Shown here piece after piece: positions 1 to 15,200 of a stretch of DNA of 64,000 bases. The DNA is from Adineta vaga. Lineage: Eukaryota > Animalia > Rotifera. The position numbers and the translations under genes are program-made. Numbering within the stretch: the first letter of the stretch is position 1; every line of letters starts with the position of its first letter. The stretch covers positions 3,038,001-3,102,000 of the forward strand of contig CP075497.1 of assembly GCA_021613535.1 (NCBI GenBank). Reading direction: 5' to 3'. The notes under the pieces were generated by a model that saw nothing but the letters and a program-made list of their open reading frames with translations, was not told the DNA's origin and did not search any database.

Positions 1-1166
1 AAGACTATCAAGTGATCGAATTTGAAAATGATAATATGATCATTCATCATTTTGATTAAAATATTTAGTATTGTTTCTTTTGTACACTTTCAGTTGACAC
101 AATCATGTGATAGTTACTACGCGAATACAGAACAATCTGGTATTAATGACACTATTTGATTGGTGTTTAATGACTCATGTTTTCAACCTCGTCATCATGA
201 TCACTTGATCTCTTTTATCGATGAATATTCGAATTTGAAGTTTCTAGAGTAAAATAATAGAATCTGCAGACAATAAAGTTATATTCCGTAACTTTCTATC
301 CGCATATGGTGCAAAATACTATGAGTTTTGGTGTGACATATACTATAATTACTCATCTATTCATTTTAGCACTACTATGTGACATTTTATACTGAAGATA
401 GATATAATTGGTATTCTCGGTGTCTTATTTATTAACTATCATTGATAAAGAGAAATATAGATGTGGTTCTTCTTAGGATATTATCATCAACCTACATCTT
501 AGTTCTTATTTCTTAATAAATCGATTGTTGATGAACGTTACTTGTGGAAAATGAATTGTTATAAATTAATCTGAATCGTTTTTTTTTCGAAGGAATTTTC
601 AAATCATCTATTTAGGAAACGATTGTGAATTATTTCAACCTGAAAAAATCACTTATTTCAAGTCCGTTCATGAAGGACATCCATGAAATGAATATTTCAT
701 CGCGACTGAAGTTCTTATAAGAAAATATTTGAGAAAGTACAAATTATATTCGAGTAAAAATAAGCTAAATGAATATTTGAATAAATATGTAAAATAAAGT
801 ATGAAAGTACATTTATGTTGTTTTTCCATTAAAAACGCTTGAAAATTTCACTAATAAAAAGCTAAAAAAAGCAATATATGTTATTGCTGATTCATACACC
901 GTTCATAATGATAATGGGGGTGTTAAGTAAGACTAATAAAAAGGCGTCCGTTCGGTCGTTCGTTCGTTATTTATTTCCAAGAAAGTCACAGAGTATTTTT
1001 TCACTCTCACTCTCTCTCTCTCTTATATTCTGTAATTCTCGATCATCAAACGGCAACAATTAGCAGGAATGAGAAAAAAAAAGTAGAGAAAAAAAACGAC
1101 GTTTTTAACACGGCAACACATATATCATTGATCGATGTTTGGTAAGAACTGAAAGCGTGTTTATAA

Positions 1167-1903
1167 ATGCCGATATCAGACTTGGATTTTACTTTTAAAG
1201 TAAGATTTTGTAGTTTCAAAAACTTTTCCACACTTCTTTCTAGTTTTTTCATCCACCACATCGTACTGTTCCTTTCCATAATGGTCTATTAGATACACGA
1301 ACTAAACATACGGTAGCTCAAGATCGTCTTGTTGTTGCTGAGCAACGTATACTCGATATTGAACGACGAAAATCAGCAAGTAATCTTCAAACACTTATAT
1401 TTGAACAAAAACAATTCGAAAAAAAACTTGCATCATTTCATTATCATGTTAATTCAATATCGATAGAACGACCAACTAAAATGCGTGATCGATCATCGAG
1501 TGAAATCGGCCTTCCCCCTATACGTCCATCAAGTCCTTTGAGCGGATCATTACCAAATCGTCTTTCAAAATTATCTGTAAGTTTAAATGATAGCAAACAA
1601 AATCTTTTAGTTCTTCCGAAATGTATTGATTCTCGCCGACGTTTCTCTGCTTATTCCGATGGTGATGCATCGGAAAATTCTTTCTTTACCACTGATATGG
1701 AGAGTGCGGAGGAAGAAGAAGATACAGAAACTGAACGAATTCGATCTGTAACGATGAATCCTAAAACTTTAGCAATAAGACGAGACAAACCTCTGAAGTT
1801 GGTTAAAAAACCAAACAAACTATTACTACCTATTGTTTCAATAATTCCACCGGAAGAAGATGTTTTATTTCTTACACAAAATGACTGTTCGGATTATCGA
1901 TAA
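1167..1903 (+). CDS. Hypothetical protein (2 exons; predicted coiled-coil and Ser-rich)
   Basis: ATG at 1167 (MPISDLDFTFK). A phase-0 GT..AG intron at 1200-1243 is followed by an open frame (FFHPPHRT...QDRLVVAEQRILDIERRK...) continuous with the 1481-1903 ORF. No family recognised. Confidence 0.6.
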
Positions 1904-2152
1904 TATCATATTCTTACTCTACTTTTGTAAAATCTTAATAAAATCTCTTTCAATGAATAATAACAACCATGTCATTGATTATTCAAATGAGAAAATTTGT
2001 CTTTTTTTCTTGAAGAAAAAATTTATTTTAATGAGGAGAAGAATAAGAAAAAATGAAAATATCAGCATCATCAACATTTACATGAAAGAAAAAAAGTTAC
2101 TATGAAATATCAGACTGCGTGGTTATTGCAAGAAAAAGAGACCAGATGAAAT

Positions 2153-3394
2153 CTAAGCATCTGCATTAACACCATGGATTTGTTGATATCCTCGTCGATT
2201 TCGAACATAAACTTGATTACGTCGATAGATTGTTGCTCCAGCAACGATTAAGATAAATACAACAATACTAAACAGACTTGCAATAAGAATTGCTAATTTA
2301 CTAATATGAGCTTTCGATGGATGAAATGGATCTGTTGAACAATCCATGGATTCAACACGTAAATCAACTAATCGTTTACCGGTATAAGCTTTTGGAAGAG
2401 CACAAGTGAGATTCATTGAATCTTTAATGAGATTTTTTGATTCACTAAGATAACGAATAAACCAACGAGATTCACAACAATCAAATGGATTGTTATTTAG
2501 ATAAATTTCTATATCGGATAGATTTGTTTTTGCCCAGAAAGAAAGTGGAGATGATTCATTAATAACACTGATTTGATTATCACGGAATAAGAAATGTTTG
2601 GATTGATTCATTTTGATTATTTCAATTGGTAATTGTTTGAAATGATTCTTATCAAAATTTATTGAACGAAGATTTCTTATTGGAAGAAGAAACTTGGCTG
2701 AATCGAGTGAATTTGATTCGAAAGAAATCGATCGTAAATTTTGTGAAATATTAATAAATGTATCGAATTCAATTGAAGTTAATTCTGCATTATCAATTTT
2801 AAGATCTGTTAAAGATGATATTACTTTCAAATCATTTGAAGTTATCTTCATCAATTTATTATTCGAAAGAATAATCGATTGAAGATTAGTACAATTTGAA
2901 TATGATTTGGGAAATGTAGCGTTGTTTAAAGATGTATTTTCTAATTGAAGATCAGTCAGATTTGATAAAGAAAGTTCTGGAATAGTTGATAATGGATTAT
3001 TCGATAAGGTTAGTGTTTTTAATGATGTTATATTATTGATTTTATCAAGATCAGCAACTAGTAAAAGACGAACGAGAATCAAACAAGAGAATTCTCTCAT
3101 ATTTCCATTCTACCTGATTTGAATGTTAAACTATTATTGTTTAATGAAAGTACTTCAATCGTTGAATTGAACATAATATCTGATAAAGTTGTTAGATTCT
3201 TTCCATCACAATGAACAATCATTGGTGCTTCCAAATGATCACACGTACAAATATCACAGACATTGTGAACTTCACTATGAATCACACCGATGAGAATAAG
3301 AAGAACAATTAACTAGAATAAATTAAATTTTTATCCAATGCAATAAATGTTCTATGAAAAAGTTTTTTACCGAATGGTTAATCGTTAATTTCAT
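2153..3394 (-). CDS. Type I transmembrane leucine-rich repeat protein (LRRNT-LRR-LRRCT-TM, no TIR), paralog A
   Basis: Three exons (ATG 3394; introns ~3370-3313 and ~3113-3059). Signal peptide, Cys cap (CDICTC..VHCD), LxxLxLxxN repeats, LRRCT (NNPFDCC..WF..LTC..P), TM helix and a short tail RRGYQQI. Confidence 0.85.
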
Positions 3395-3565
3395 ATTGAC
3401 GAGAGAAGAAAATAAATGAATCTAAAAATAATCTACAGATAACACTGCTCGAACAAAGTTCGAATTTAATCTCGAATTAGAACATTTGAAAGAAAACTAA
3501 AGATAACACGAAAAACATTGACTGTGTCAAAACGACGAAACCGGATGAAAAACAATGAGATATAC

Positions 3566-4921
3566 TTAATGAGCATGACGTAGAAGAACTGCATTTTCGA
3601 TTGCGGAACCTCCCGTTTGACTACCATCTGCAGCATAAATGCCTTCTGCCGTTGAATGAGTTTGTGCATGAGATGGCGCATAACTTCTTGTACCATCAAG
3701 ATAGGTATAGGTTGACAGATGATCATCATCGTCATTGAGATTGGGAAATACTGGTCCACCGGGTAATGCTGGATCGATATTTACGTATGGATCATCGATT
3801 TCACTATAACCAGAACGTGATGGACGATGTCGGATAAGACGATAGAGAATGCAAATAATAACAATGATTAAAACAATACACGGACCAACAATACTCAGAA
3901 TTCGACCTATTGTCCACCAAGATTTCTTTGGTGTATCACCTCCACAATTTAATTCATCTGGATTGAGATTCATTAGGAATTGTCCAGCCAGACTTGATGG
4001 TGTCGTACATGTTAATAATAATCGATCTGCGACAAAATCTGGTGAAGTTTTTAGAAATCGAATAAACCATAAAGATAAACAACAATCAATTGAATTGTTT
4101 GCTAAATAGATTTTAATATTTGTCAAATTTTGTTTTAACCATGTATTCAAAGGTGATGATTCATCGATGATTGTAATAGAATTATGAATAAATGAGTACA
4201 TTTTAATGTATTTTGGTGTTGATAATTCTTGAGGAAGTGAAGTGAATTGATTTCCATCAAGTTTTATTGACGAAAGTTGGGCAATATTTGATAGAAATTC
4301 AGCTGATTTCAATTGATTCTGCGTTAAAGATAATGATTGAAGATTTTTCAATACATTAAATGCATTTCGATCAATGGTTGAGATACTTCCACTGTCAAGA
4401 TTTAATTTATCTAATTTTGAATTTCTTAAAGCAAAGAAATCATTTTCATTAATTGATCGAATTTTATTATCATTTAATGAAATTGTATGTAAAAGACAAT
4501 TATTATATGAGAATGGAAATAACGCCGATGTTAATGATGTATCTCTCAATGAAAGAAATTGTAATTTTGTATTATTAAATGCAGGAATTTTGCCAAGTGG
4601 ATTTTGTTTAAGATTTAAATCAATTAAATTAGATAAATTATTAATTTTAGCAATGTCATCTTCTAGAAAAATTGGAAATTTATCAATAAATGTCATTTAT
4701 AGATAGTTACCTGTATCAAAGTTAAGATGGTTAGTCACAAATGATAGTGTATTGACATTGGGAGGAAAATCAAGATCATTTAAATTATTCAAGTTTTTAT
4801 TATCACAATGAACAGTTTTTCGATTATCACTACATGCGCACGTAAGGGTTTGGCAAACATCATTAGTTGTACATGATTTAATCGTTGAAATAATAATGAT
4901 CATAGAGATAAATGCATACAT
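3566..4921 (-). CDS. Type I transmembrane leucine-rich repeat protein, paralog B
   Basis: Exon 1 (4921-~4711) has a signal peptide and LRRNT (CQTLTCAC..VHCD). An intron at ~4710-4663 is at the same position as in paralog A. Then LRRs, LRRCT (NNSIDCC..WF..LTC..P), TM helix and a tail with RSGYSEI. Confidence 0.85.
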
Positions 4922-5317
4922 TGTCGAAGATTATTTAGACAACTTTGTTATGTTTTAAACGTGAGAAATATTTCATAGATGATAAATCTAAAACACGAAT
5001 TACGTATTTTTATAAATAGTCCGTAATTAACCGTCGTTTTCTCGATAAAATACGATGATATGAATGGAAAGATAAAATTCCGTCGAAATATTATTGAACC
5101 CTCTTTTCTTCTTCTTTCATTCAGACTTCGATCATTGGCTGAATACTAATAAATTACTTTCTTCAAGAGATGCCGCATTTAGACAACGGATTTCGCGTAC
5201 TTTAGTCAATCATTTTATATAGGATTTGTATGTATTGTTTTATTTATTTGAAAAAACAACAACAATAACAAAGTAACATTCTTTTTCTATTGAAGATGTT
5301 AACACAGTGAAAAACTT

Positions 5318-5625
5318 TTAACATTTTGGAACTGGAGTATGTGTTAAAAGTAATCGATATCGTGTCTTCAATTTAAGTCGTTGACGAGAATATTGATCAT
5401 CCGGTGAAAATTTCGCTAAAAAAGAATCAGTTCAAGAATCTTTTTATATGAAATAAGACAATCAATACCTGGATGAGCCGATTGTGTTGGATTTCCCGAT
5501 GGATCGACTTTCTAAAGAGAAAAAAAAACCCGTAAACATACACATTTCAATAATGATAAATTAATCACTTACTTTGAACGTATAAACACGTTCACCTTTC
5601 TCACTTAGATAATACATAAGAAACA
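5318..5625 (-). CDS. NOP10: H/ACA ribonucleoprotein complex subunit 3
   Basis: Manual spliced translation (3 exons, missed by the ORF track): [57 protein letters not shown]. This contains the Nop10 T.SAHPA.FSPDD signature. Confidence 0.95.
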
Positions 5626-6045
5626 TTTTTGCTATCTAGAAAATCAACAACAACAAAAAAAGAAAATTAGATTCTGTATTCCTATATTAGATTGTTTGAA
5701 GAGAATATAGAAACCTATACCCACACATATATCTGAACAAAAAATAATAAGAAGTCAATCATTGAAAATATACATAAGAAAACTAATAAAGAAGGAATGC
5801 ATCATCATTGAACGAATAGAAGAAGAGAAAACAAACAAATAATAAACACATATATTGCTGGAGGCGTTTTTGTTTTTGTTTCATATCTAAGTTGAATAGG
5901 AAAATAAAATATTGAATTTTAAGCATCTGACCAAAAAAATATGTACAGGAAATAAAGAAAAGGATATGATGAATGTATTTGAATACTGTTTCCTTCTTTT
6001 TTTAGTTTGGAATTTAAGAGATACTGAATAAAAATGAAAATACAT

Positions 6046-9000
6046 CTAATCGGAATCATTGCCATTATTGATTTGCATCAATGTCCGTTTGGGTTGAGGC
6101 ATACGTAGAATTTGCATGTCTTCTGTTATTTTGAGAAAACTATATAACGAAAACAAAGAATTGATCAGAAAAATGAGAGTTCAATGTATTTCGAATTACC
6201 TTAAATCTTGTGGTGTTAAAAATATATATTGTTTTTTCTTTTCACGGGCAACTTCAAGAACAAGATTCATTGCCGTTCGACGTGTTACATGATCCTAGAA
6301 ATATTCATAATTTATCTTGTTTATTCACTTTCGAATTTCATTTTCTTACCATGAAAACATCGAATTCATCGAGACAACGTAATGGCATTTCCACAACTTC
6401 CCAAAGAGCAAGCATGAAACACACAGTTGAAAACGAACGTTCACCGCCGGATAATGATCGAGTATCTTTATGAACTTCATCTCCACGTGGTGTAATCTAC
6501 ATAGATACAGAGGAAATTGCATTGATTTTAGAGAGAAAATTATTTAAATGTGAAAACAAACTTCTAACGAAAGAGTTCGTTCTTGATGATCAAATATTGC
6601 GTCACCAGTATAATTTCTTGATTCAAGAAATGAAGTAAAACAACTACTTGTTAAATTAGCTGTTGATTCTAAAAGATTTTTATATTGTTGACCACGATAA
6701 CGTGCCGCTTTGGATAATCTCTAGAGAAAAGAAAAAGAAACGCAAATAAAATGTTGAAATATATCACGAAAAAAACATTCTTACATGAACTAGTTTATCT
6801 TGTTTATCAACGGTATGAGAGAACGAATCATACCGTACAGTTATATTTTCTAAACGTTCACTAATTCGTTCTAAATCAAGTGTCCTGAAAAACCGAACAG
6901 TTATCGATAGTTCTAGATTACTTAATCTTAAATCTTACACATTTTTATTTGTTTCAATGAATTTGAGAAGTGTATCAAGACTTCTTTTAACAGTCTTTAC
7001 ATCGATTTCATCTGTTGGTCGTTGTTTATATAGTTTTTGTGCAATTTCCATTTGTTTTTGTAATTTAGTTTCGATGAACTTCTTCGAAACTTCTTGTTGT
7101 TCGAGTTTTCGTTGATTTTCATCGAGTCCTTTTTGAAATTCATTGATAGCTCGTTGTCCATTTTCTTTGAGTGAATCACATGTTTGAAGTGCTGTTTTAC
7201 ATTGTTCAGCTTCTTCACGTTTATCCATAACACGTTTTCGAGCGTGAGCAAGATCTTCTAAGACTTGTCGATATTCCGGTAATTCAAGGTCAGCTTTTGA
7301 TTTTTGATCTTTGATATGTTGTTTAATCGTTTCAATACGAGTATCATAATCACTTAATTCATTTTCACAATCATCGATATTCGAATCATTTGGTGCTTCG
7401 ACTAGTTGTAATTCTCGAAGTTCCTTTAGTTGAAAGAAGAAAAACTAGAGTAAATATTGACACTGTCAGTTCTTACTTTTCCGAATCGACCACATTTTAC
7501 TTTAACTTCATTTATAGTTGAATCTAATGAAGCAACTGTTTGTTGATGTTCGCTAACTCGTTTTTGTGTTGCTGTTAATTTTTCTTTTGCTTCTTGAATT
7601 TGTCGTTCAATCATAGTACATTCTTTTTCTGCACGACTAAATTTAAAAGAATATTCTCATTTAATCTCAAAGAAAATTGCGCTTTTATCCATCATACACT
7701 ATTTGTTCGCCAAGATCTTCAACAAAATATCGTGGTCCTTGACTTCTGCATGTATAACAACGAAATACATTTAAGTTTTGCATTTCAGTACCATTGGGAA
7801 GATAGGCCTGATAACAACAAAGGAAGGAAATGCATTCAAAAGTAGAAATTCATAAGAATACATACAGCAATACAATTCGGTGGAGCACTTCTTTCCATGA
7901 TACGACGAGCAGTTTCATAATTATCCATTAAAATTCTTTGTTCAGCACGTCCCTAGAATGCCATGTTATTCTTGAAAGCACATGAAGTTATAAGATCAAA
8001 ACAAACCTGATCAATTAGAAAACATGCTACTGTAGGATTATCAACATTAAGCATAGATAAAATTGTTGTAAAATTCGATGGTGGAGTCTAAAATATACAA
8101 ATCATTTGTTAATTCGAAAAAAATGGAACAAAAAGCAAATTTAATTACTCGAAGTTGTTGATAAACATGAGATTGAAATTTCATAACTATGAGATATAAT
8201 AAAATAAAAGTATGGAAGAAAACGAAAGAAAATCTTATATACCAGTAACACTTGGTCGATAATCCATATCTTGTGCAGGTACACAACGTGAAAGAATTTC
8301 AAGAAAAACTCGTTCATCTTCACGACATGAACAAAGATAACCAGGAATAATATTCCCAATTGCTTGTTCAACTGCAATCGCCCATTTACGATCGATAAGA
8401 TGAATATGTCTGCCTTAAAGAAAAGATATTCTCCAATGTATAATTAAGTTTCATTATATAATTATTTCTTACCAACAGGTCCAATCGGTAATTGTTTAAA
8501 ACGATGTGCTTGTTTTTCAATTTCTTTTAAAATAGCTAATGTATAACGTCCATAAATTGTTACACGATCTTGTTTAGCAGCTTTTAATTGTTGAATCATT
8601 CCACGTCGTTTTCGTAGAGATTCTTCGTGTTGTTTAACAGCTGTTTGATCATCGAATAGAACTTGTCGTTCATCATCATATAGTTGTCGAAAATTGCCTT
8701 GTTCATTTTCTTTCATGGATAAGATTTGTCGTTGTTCAGCAATTAATACTTGTAATTCTTCAATACGTTGACGAACTTTATCATAGTCAGTGTTTCCTGA
8801 TGCTCTAAATAAATTTCCTAATGAAAATTCAAAAACTAAAATCATCTATCTACTTTCGACGCATTTCATCAATTCGATTTTGAAGTTTTTTCTTTAATTC
8901 CATTTGTAATTGTAATTCTTTTTCAGATTTATTCACTTCATTTAATAGATCTCGTCGATCTTTATTAAATTGTTTCATTCGTCGTTCAAGTTCATCATGA

Positions 9001-10507
9001 ATACGCTTTTCTTCAATAGTACTATTTGCCACTTCTTGAGCTTTTCGAAGTAATTCATCACGTTTATTTTTTTCATTTTTTGTATCTTCCTACGAATAGA
9101 AACAAACATAGAACAAAAACTAAACGTAAAACAAATAACCTACGATAAATGCATCCCGGTTTTTCGTATATTCTTCAACAGCAAAATGATTTTCGATTAT
9201 TTTCTTTTTAATCTGTTCGAGTGTCTAAAAATAAAAGGTTCATTGATCATAATCAATGAGGAAATCCATTACATTTTCAAGTTCGATAACTTCAGCCCAT
9301 TCGAGTTGTCCTTGAAGATTATCAGCATTTGATTTTGCATCTCGGACTGATTCAGCAAATTTCAATTGTGCTTTGAGATCTTCTTGTTGTGCATGAATTT
9401 CTTTTCTTTTCTATAAATTAAATTATTTACATACAAATTCATTTCAAATCGTTCATATTACTTTGACATGATCGGTAAGTAAAAGTCTTGCATTGCGAAC
9501 TTCAATTGTACTTTGTTCAAGATCATCCACCATCTTTTGTAATTGTGTTGCTTTCAAAAAGAACTTAATAAAACAAAATACCAATGTTTATCGAATGAAT
9601 TTTGATTCAATATTTAAGTTCTTACATTGTATTTTTCTTTTGTACTTTTTGTATTCAGGAAATTCTTGGCGGTATCTTGGTTAAGCATACACATTGGATT
9701 ATCAACTTGAATATTAAAATGTGCGACGATTGTTTCGATCAAATCTTTTTTTTCTGATACAGTTTTTCCTATAGAGAATAGATCAAAAGATTTTCGTTTG
9801 TCAAATATCAGAAAACAAAAAATTTACCATATTCATTTTTAATAAGATAACGACTATTGCCTTTGATGGAGATTTTACGCATAATCGTAATCGATCGACC
9901 AAAACGTTCGATGTCGATGGCTTCAAGACCTTGATTACATAAGACAACAGATATTTCGGCATTACTAAAAGAATATCAATTGAAAGAAATTCATTATATC
10001 CATAAAATCATACCTTTTGCCATGCTGAATAAAACGACCGATATTTGAACAACGACTTGTACTTGTCGCACGACCACCTAAAGTAAGTGTAATTGCATTC
10101 ATAATTGCAGATTTACCACCTATAAAAAAAGTTGATTATACAAAAAAAAGAATACAGTTTTCGATGCAATTCTTACTGCCATTATTTCCAATGACCATAT
10201 TGAGATTTTCAATAAAATCGAATTCAAGAAATGTATGACACATAAAATTCTTCACACTAATTCTTAAAATACTACCAGCATTTTTATGTAACTAATAGAA
10301 AGTATAATTAATTTCAATTTTGAAATTATGAACAACACTTACATAAGGAACGCTTTTGAATAATTGTGTTGAATAAGTACTATGATCAAGTGGAGTATTT
10401 TCATCTTGCTCTTCATTATGTTGATCATGTGTTGCTTGAGAATTTTTTTGTTTTTTACGTGGCACAGCTGTACTAGTACCAGATGTAGAAGAGCCACGTT
10501 TAGGCAT
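6046..10507 (-). CDS. SMC6: Structural maintenance of chromosomes protein 6 (multi-exon)
   Basis: Spliced N-terminus with KNFMCH, Walker A GNNGSGKSA and [15 protein letters not shown]. Long coiled coils and hinge (PIGPVG). C-terminal [22 protein letters not shown] and QYIFLTPQD. Confidence 0.93.
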
Positions 10508-11125
10508 TATTTCATACGGATAAATTCAATCAAATTTGTTCAGAAAACAATATATGTGTGATCTAAAGAGAAGAAAAGATGGTTAAAAGTTTTGAGCGCG
10601 TGTTGAAACCAATTTTGAAGAGAGCGAAAATGAATTCAGACATGTGCTCTTTAATGAACTGATTTTTATTGTGTGTTCAAATTCGAGTAACATTAGACAA
10701 CGGTCGAAAATCCATGTTATATTGTTGATACAATATTGATTGAGCATATTAACCAATGATAAATGTATTCTTAACATTTGATTATTTTAACAATTTTTAA
10801 ACAATTTTAAATAGATAAAATCATTATCTTAGAGAAAAGATCGTCTATACATTAAAAAAAGATGTCGCTTCAGTACTGTTTAACACTATTTAGTGAACGC
10901 TTCTTCTGATTAAATGAAAAATGTTTTCTTCAATAACAGTAGATTAAGAAAAACCTGGACGACAGACAGCCCAGCTGATACTCGATGAAATGTACTTCTA
11001 ATATCACTGAAATTAAGATTTAAATCTTCTTCAAAGAATGAAAATATTAGTTTAAATAGGATCAGTTACAGAAAAGCTTCAGTTATTATCAAGCTGTTAT
11101 ACGAAATTTATCGAAATATAATTTC

Positions 11126-12037
11126 ATGAAGTTGATAATAATTTGCAGTTTTTTCTGTCAATATGGTGAGACTTTTACAATGCTAACGAATGTTGATATC
11201 TATCTGATTTATTCACTTTTATCTGTTAGCTATCATTTTTGGTCGAAGTGAGTCTATTCATCCACCTTATCTAACTACCGAAGATTTTGAACGAGGAAAA
11301 CTATTGACACCCAATGAGCGTGAACCAAATACAACAATTCTTCGTGAATACCTTCCAAAACATCCAGAACTACGTGCCAATGTATGGATTGGTACAAAAT
11401 TCAAATGGCCAAATGCAAAAATTCCTTATATAATCAGTCCAAAATATAATAATCATGAGAGAGCAGTCATTGCAGAAGCAATTCATGAATGGGAATCAAA
11501 AACATGCATTCGATTCATTCCAAAAGCTAGTATCCATCCTGATTATCTTGAATTAACACCTGATGATGGAACAACTAATTATTGTTATTCATATGTTGGT
11601 CGTCAAGGTGGACGACAATTTGTTAAAATGTATGCGCCAACATGTATTAGTGTGGGTCAATATATACATGAATTAGGTCATGCTATTGGATTTGGACATG
11701 AACATCAAAGACCAGATAGAGATAATTATGTTCAAATCAAATGGGAAAATATTGATCCAAGTATGAAATTAATATTGATTTCTATAACTGGATAATTCAT
11801 AGTTAGTTTGTTTGTTTAGAATTCTACTATGCATTTGACAAATACAATCCAAGTCAATTTACTACAATGGGAATGGAATATGATTACTATTCAATTATGC
11901 ATTATCCTGATTATTCATATTCAAATAATGGACAAAAAACAATCGTACCAACTTATCAAGGTCATAATATTGCCAGCATGAACGTGATACTGACTCCAAC
12001 TGATATTCAAAAAACACAGAAGTATTATACCTGTTAA
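11126..12037 (+). CDS. Secreted astacin (M12A) zinc metalloprotease, catalytic domain only
   Basis: Signal-peptide exon 11126-11165; exon 2 from 11230 with HELGHAIGFGHEHQRPDRD; exon 3 (~11820-12037) with Met-turn YDYYSIMHY. Confidence 0.92.
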
Positions 12038-12206
12038 GATGAACACAATCTATTAAACGTATACGCTTATGTTTTGAGAGAACTCTTAGGGAGTAAAAAA
12101 AACATCCATTTTATGTGAAATTTTTTTAATGAATTTCAGAAGAATATATTTACAATGTAAAAGTAAGAGAAGAATTTGAAAAGCAAAAGCAGAATTAATT
12201 AACATT

Positions 12207-15200
12207 TCATGTTCTTTCATAATATCCATCCATTGATTCTAAAGGAATCAATTGAATATTACTTGTATGAGTAGCTGACCGTGCAAATTGCACTAATGAA
12301 TGATTTGGTGACATGAATTCACTTGCATTATCTGAAAATGATGGATAAACGATTGTAGTATCAGCTTTTCCTTCTGCCGAATCAGATAATCGATAAGTAG
12401 TAGTAAATGATCGTACGATTTGTAAACATTCTTGTTCATTATCTAATGTCCATGTATATGCAACACATAATTGATTTAAAGCGCAATGAAATGAAGTCGA
12501 TTGATTAACAGTAATTAATTGAGGACCATCCATAAAATAATCATCATCTTCTCGTTGCATTGTACCAGTTAGTATAAATAATCGTTCATTTCGTTTCAAT
12601 TGTATATTCAACACGTCTTGATCCGATTCAACTCGATAGTAAATTGCATAGTCATCTAGAAGAACTTTAATTTGTGCATAGTTTAATAAATGTATCGGTT
12701 GTTTATACATATTTATCAACATATGAAGAGCAATTTCATTATAAATCAATTGAACTGTATTAGGATTTGATAGGAATAATTGAAGTAATGATTGATCAAC
12801 GCCATAAGCTTCAACAATTCCGCTTTCTGCTCGATAAGTTCGATTTGATGGTGATGAACTTTTATCAAATAGCGAATCAATTCCAATAATATGACCCGAT
12901 CGATAACATGTTAAAAGATCTTCAGAACATTCAACAATACCTCGAACAATTAAATAAGCTTCTGATGTAATATGTCCTTTTCGAAGAAGAACTTCACCTG
13001 GTTGAAACCATTTTCTTCGGGATTCTAATAATTGTTTGAAATGATTCTTTTCATCTTCTGATAAATTCGAAAATAATGGAAGATTATTAAATTGATTATC
13101 TTGTTCCAAATGTATATCAATATTTGGTATACTCATTATATGATCATATTCTAAACGAAATAATTTCTTTTGAATTAATTGAAGAATATGTGTATATTCA
13201 TTTTCATTTAACATTCCTGTTTCATATAATTGTATGATAGCAACAGATTCATATTTTAAAAGCATTTGTGCACATCGTTTTGTCATCTCAATCGTCCAAC
13301 ATTTTCTATATGAATATTGTAAATCTTGAAGAACAAGAGAAGCACGAATTTGTAATTTTTTTGCATCGTTAAGAACATTACTAATAATATGATTATCAAT
13401 ATTTGCAAATTCGGGAATTTTTAAGAGCATATGTTCCATACGTGATGTTGCCGAATGAAATGCTACAACAAATAAGTTTTTAATTCAAAAGAAGAGAAAT
13501 ACGAAACCATACCTAATGCTAATTCAATCGTCAATATTAAATGTTCAAATAATGATTTTTCAGTTCTTCGATTTAACCATTTAATTTTCGTAAATTTAAT
13601 CAAATATTCTAACCATAATGGCATATGAAAACGATCGACAAGAAGTTGCCAATGACGTTTTAATGAAAGTTTTGTTTTGGCTTGTTCAACTGTTTCAATT
13701 AAAACTTTCAATGTTCGTCGTCGAATCATTCCTAAATACCACTGTTTTTCATAATCAACAGCCATTGCTGTTAGAAATCTTTGTACGATTTCATTTCGCA
13801 TATTGATTTGATAACAATCTGAATTTAAATCTGATGTACTTCTTGGTTGAATAAATGGTTCTAATAAATATCGATCTTTGGATAAAATATCCAAATCTAA
13901 TTGAAAAATACTATTTGTCGATATAAGATCAGAATATTGACCATTTTGTAATTGATTTGATGATGTTGAAATCGATTTTGGTATTGGATCGTATGATGCT
14001 TGTCGAGAATCGAATGTGGATTGTTGATAAATATCTATATGATGTTCATCTTCAGTTTCATCGATTAAAATTTCTGGTAAATAATCATAAAGAACTTTCC
14101 AATTGACATTAGCAAAATTAATATCATCTTTCATTTTTTTAATTTGTCCAGATGTTTGAGTTTTCATATGCTTCAATGCTTGAAAACGCACTGTTTGACT
14201 TTCCGGTGTACCTATAGAAATAAAATCAATATATTATCAAAATAAAATCACTATTTTCTCTCAAATTACCTTTATCAAGTCCAAGCATTTTCACAATAAA
14301 TTTACTACTCGTTCCATTAACAGTTAATGTTAATAATACAAGAATTGACACATGAAAAAGAAAACGTTCACTTGTTGCCTGATCAGTTTTCTTATCTAAA
14401 TAAACTAGAAGAGCAAGAATTAATGCTTGTCGACCACGTAAACCACTCCATGCAAATATCACACATTCTTTTCGATTTAAACGTATTCCACTCCATGTTA
14501 TTACCGGATATAAAACACCGACTGTCAAGGCACGATTAACATGAATTAATAAATAAAGTACTAGAGATATTCCAACATCTCGACTACTTAATGTATTTTC
14601 AATACCAACAAATGAATGTGCCAAGATTAAACCACTCAAAGTAAACGTAAGAATATTAACAATAAATATAATAATTTGCCATGCACCAGCAAGTGATAAT
14701 TGAACATTACTACTAATACAATATTTATGTTTAGCCATATATAAACCCATAAACATCAATGCAAGAACTGCTGAAACACGTAATTCAGCATCTGCTATAT
14801 AGAATACAAGATATGTTACACTAAATGTAATTGTTATTTCAATTTTTAATTCATTATTTATACGATTTAAAACAAAGACACAAATAAAACCACAGAATAA
14901 ACCAAATAATGCTCCACCTAGAAATCATATCAAGAAATTATTTAATCTTACAATTCAATCACAATAACTTACCCACACCATATCGAATAACATCACCAGC
15001 TATCTCTGTTACTGTAGTTGAAGTACCCAAAGCAATTCGAGTAAACACAGTAAATAACATAAAAACTAATCCATCATTTAATAAGGATTCAGAATCAATC
15101 AATGACGATAACGAATGGCTTGCTCCACAATCACGTAACATTGTTATGATTGTTACTGGATCTGTTGTACTTAATATACTTCCAAATAGAAGACCCGTAT

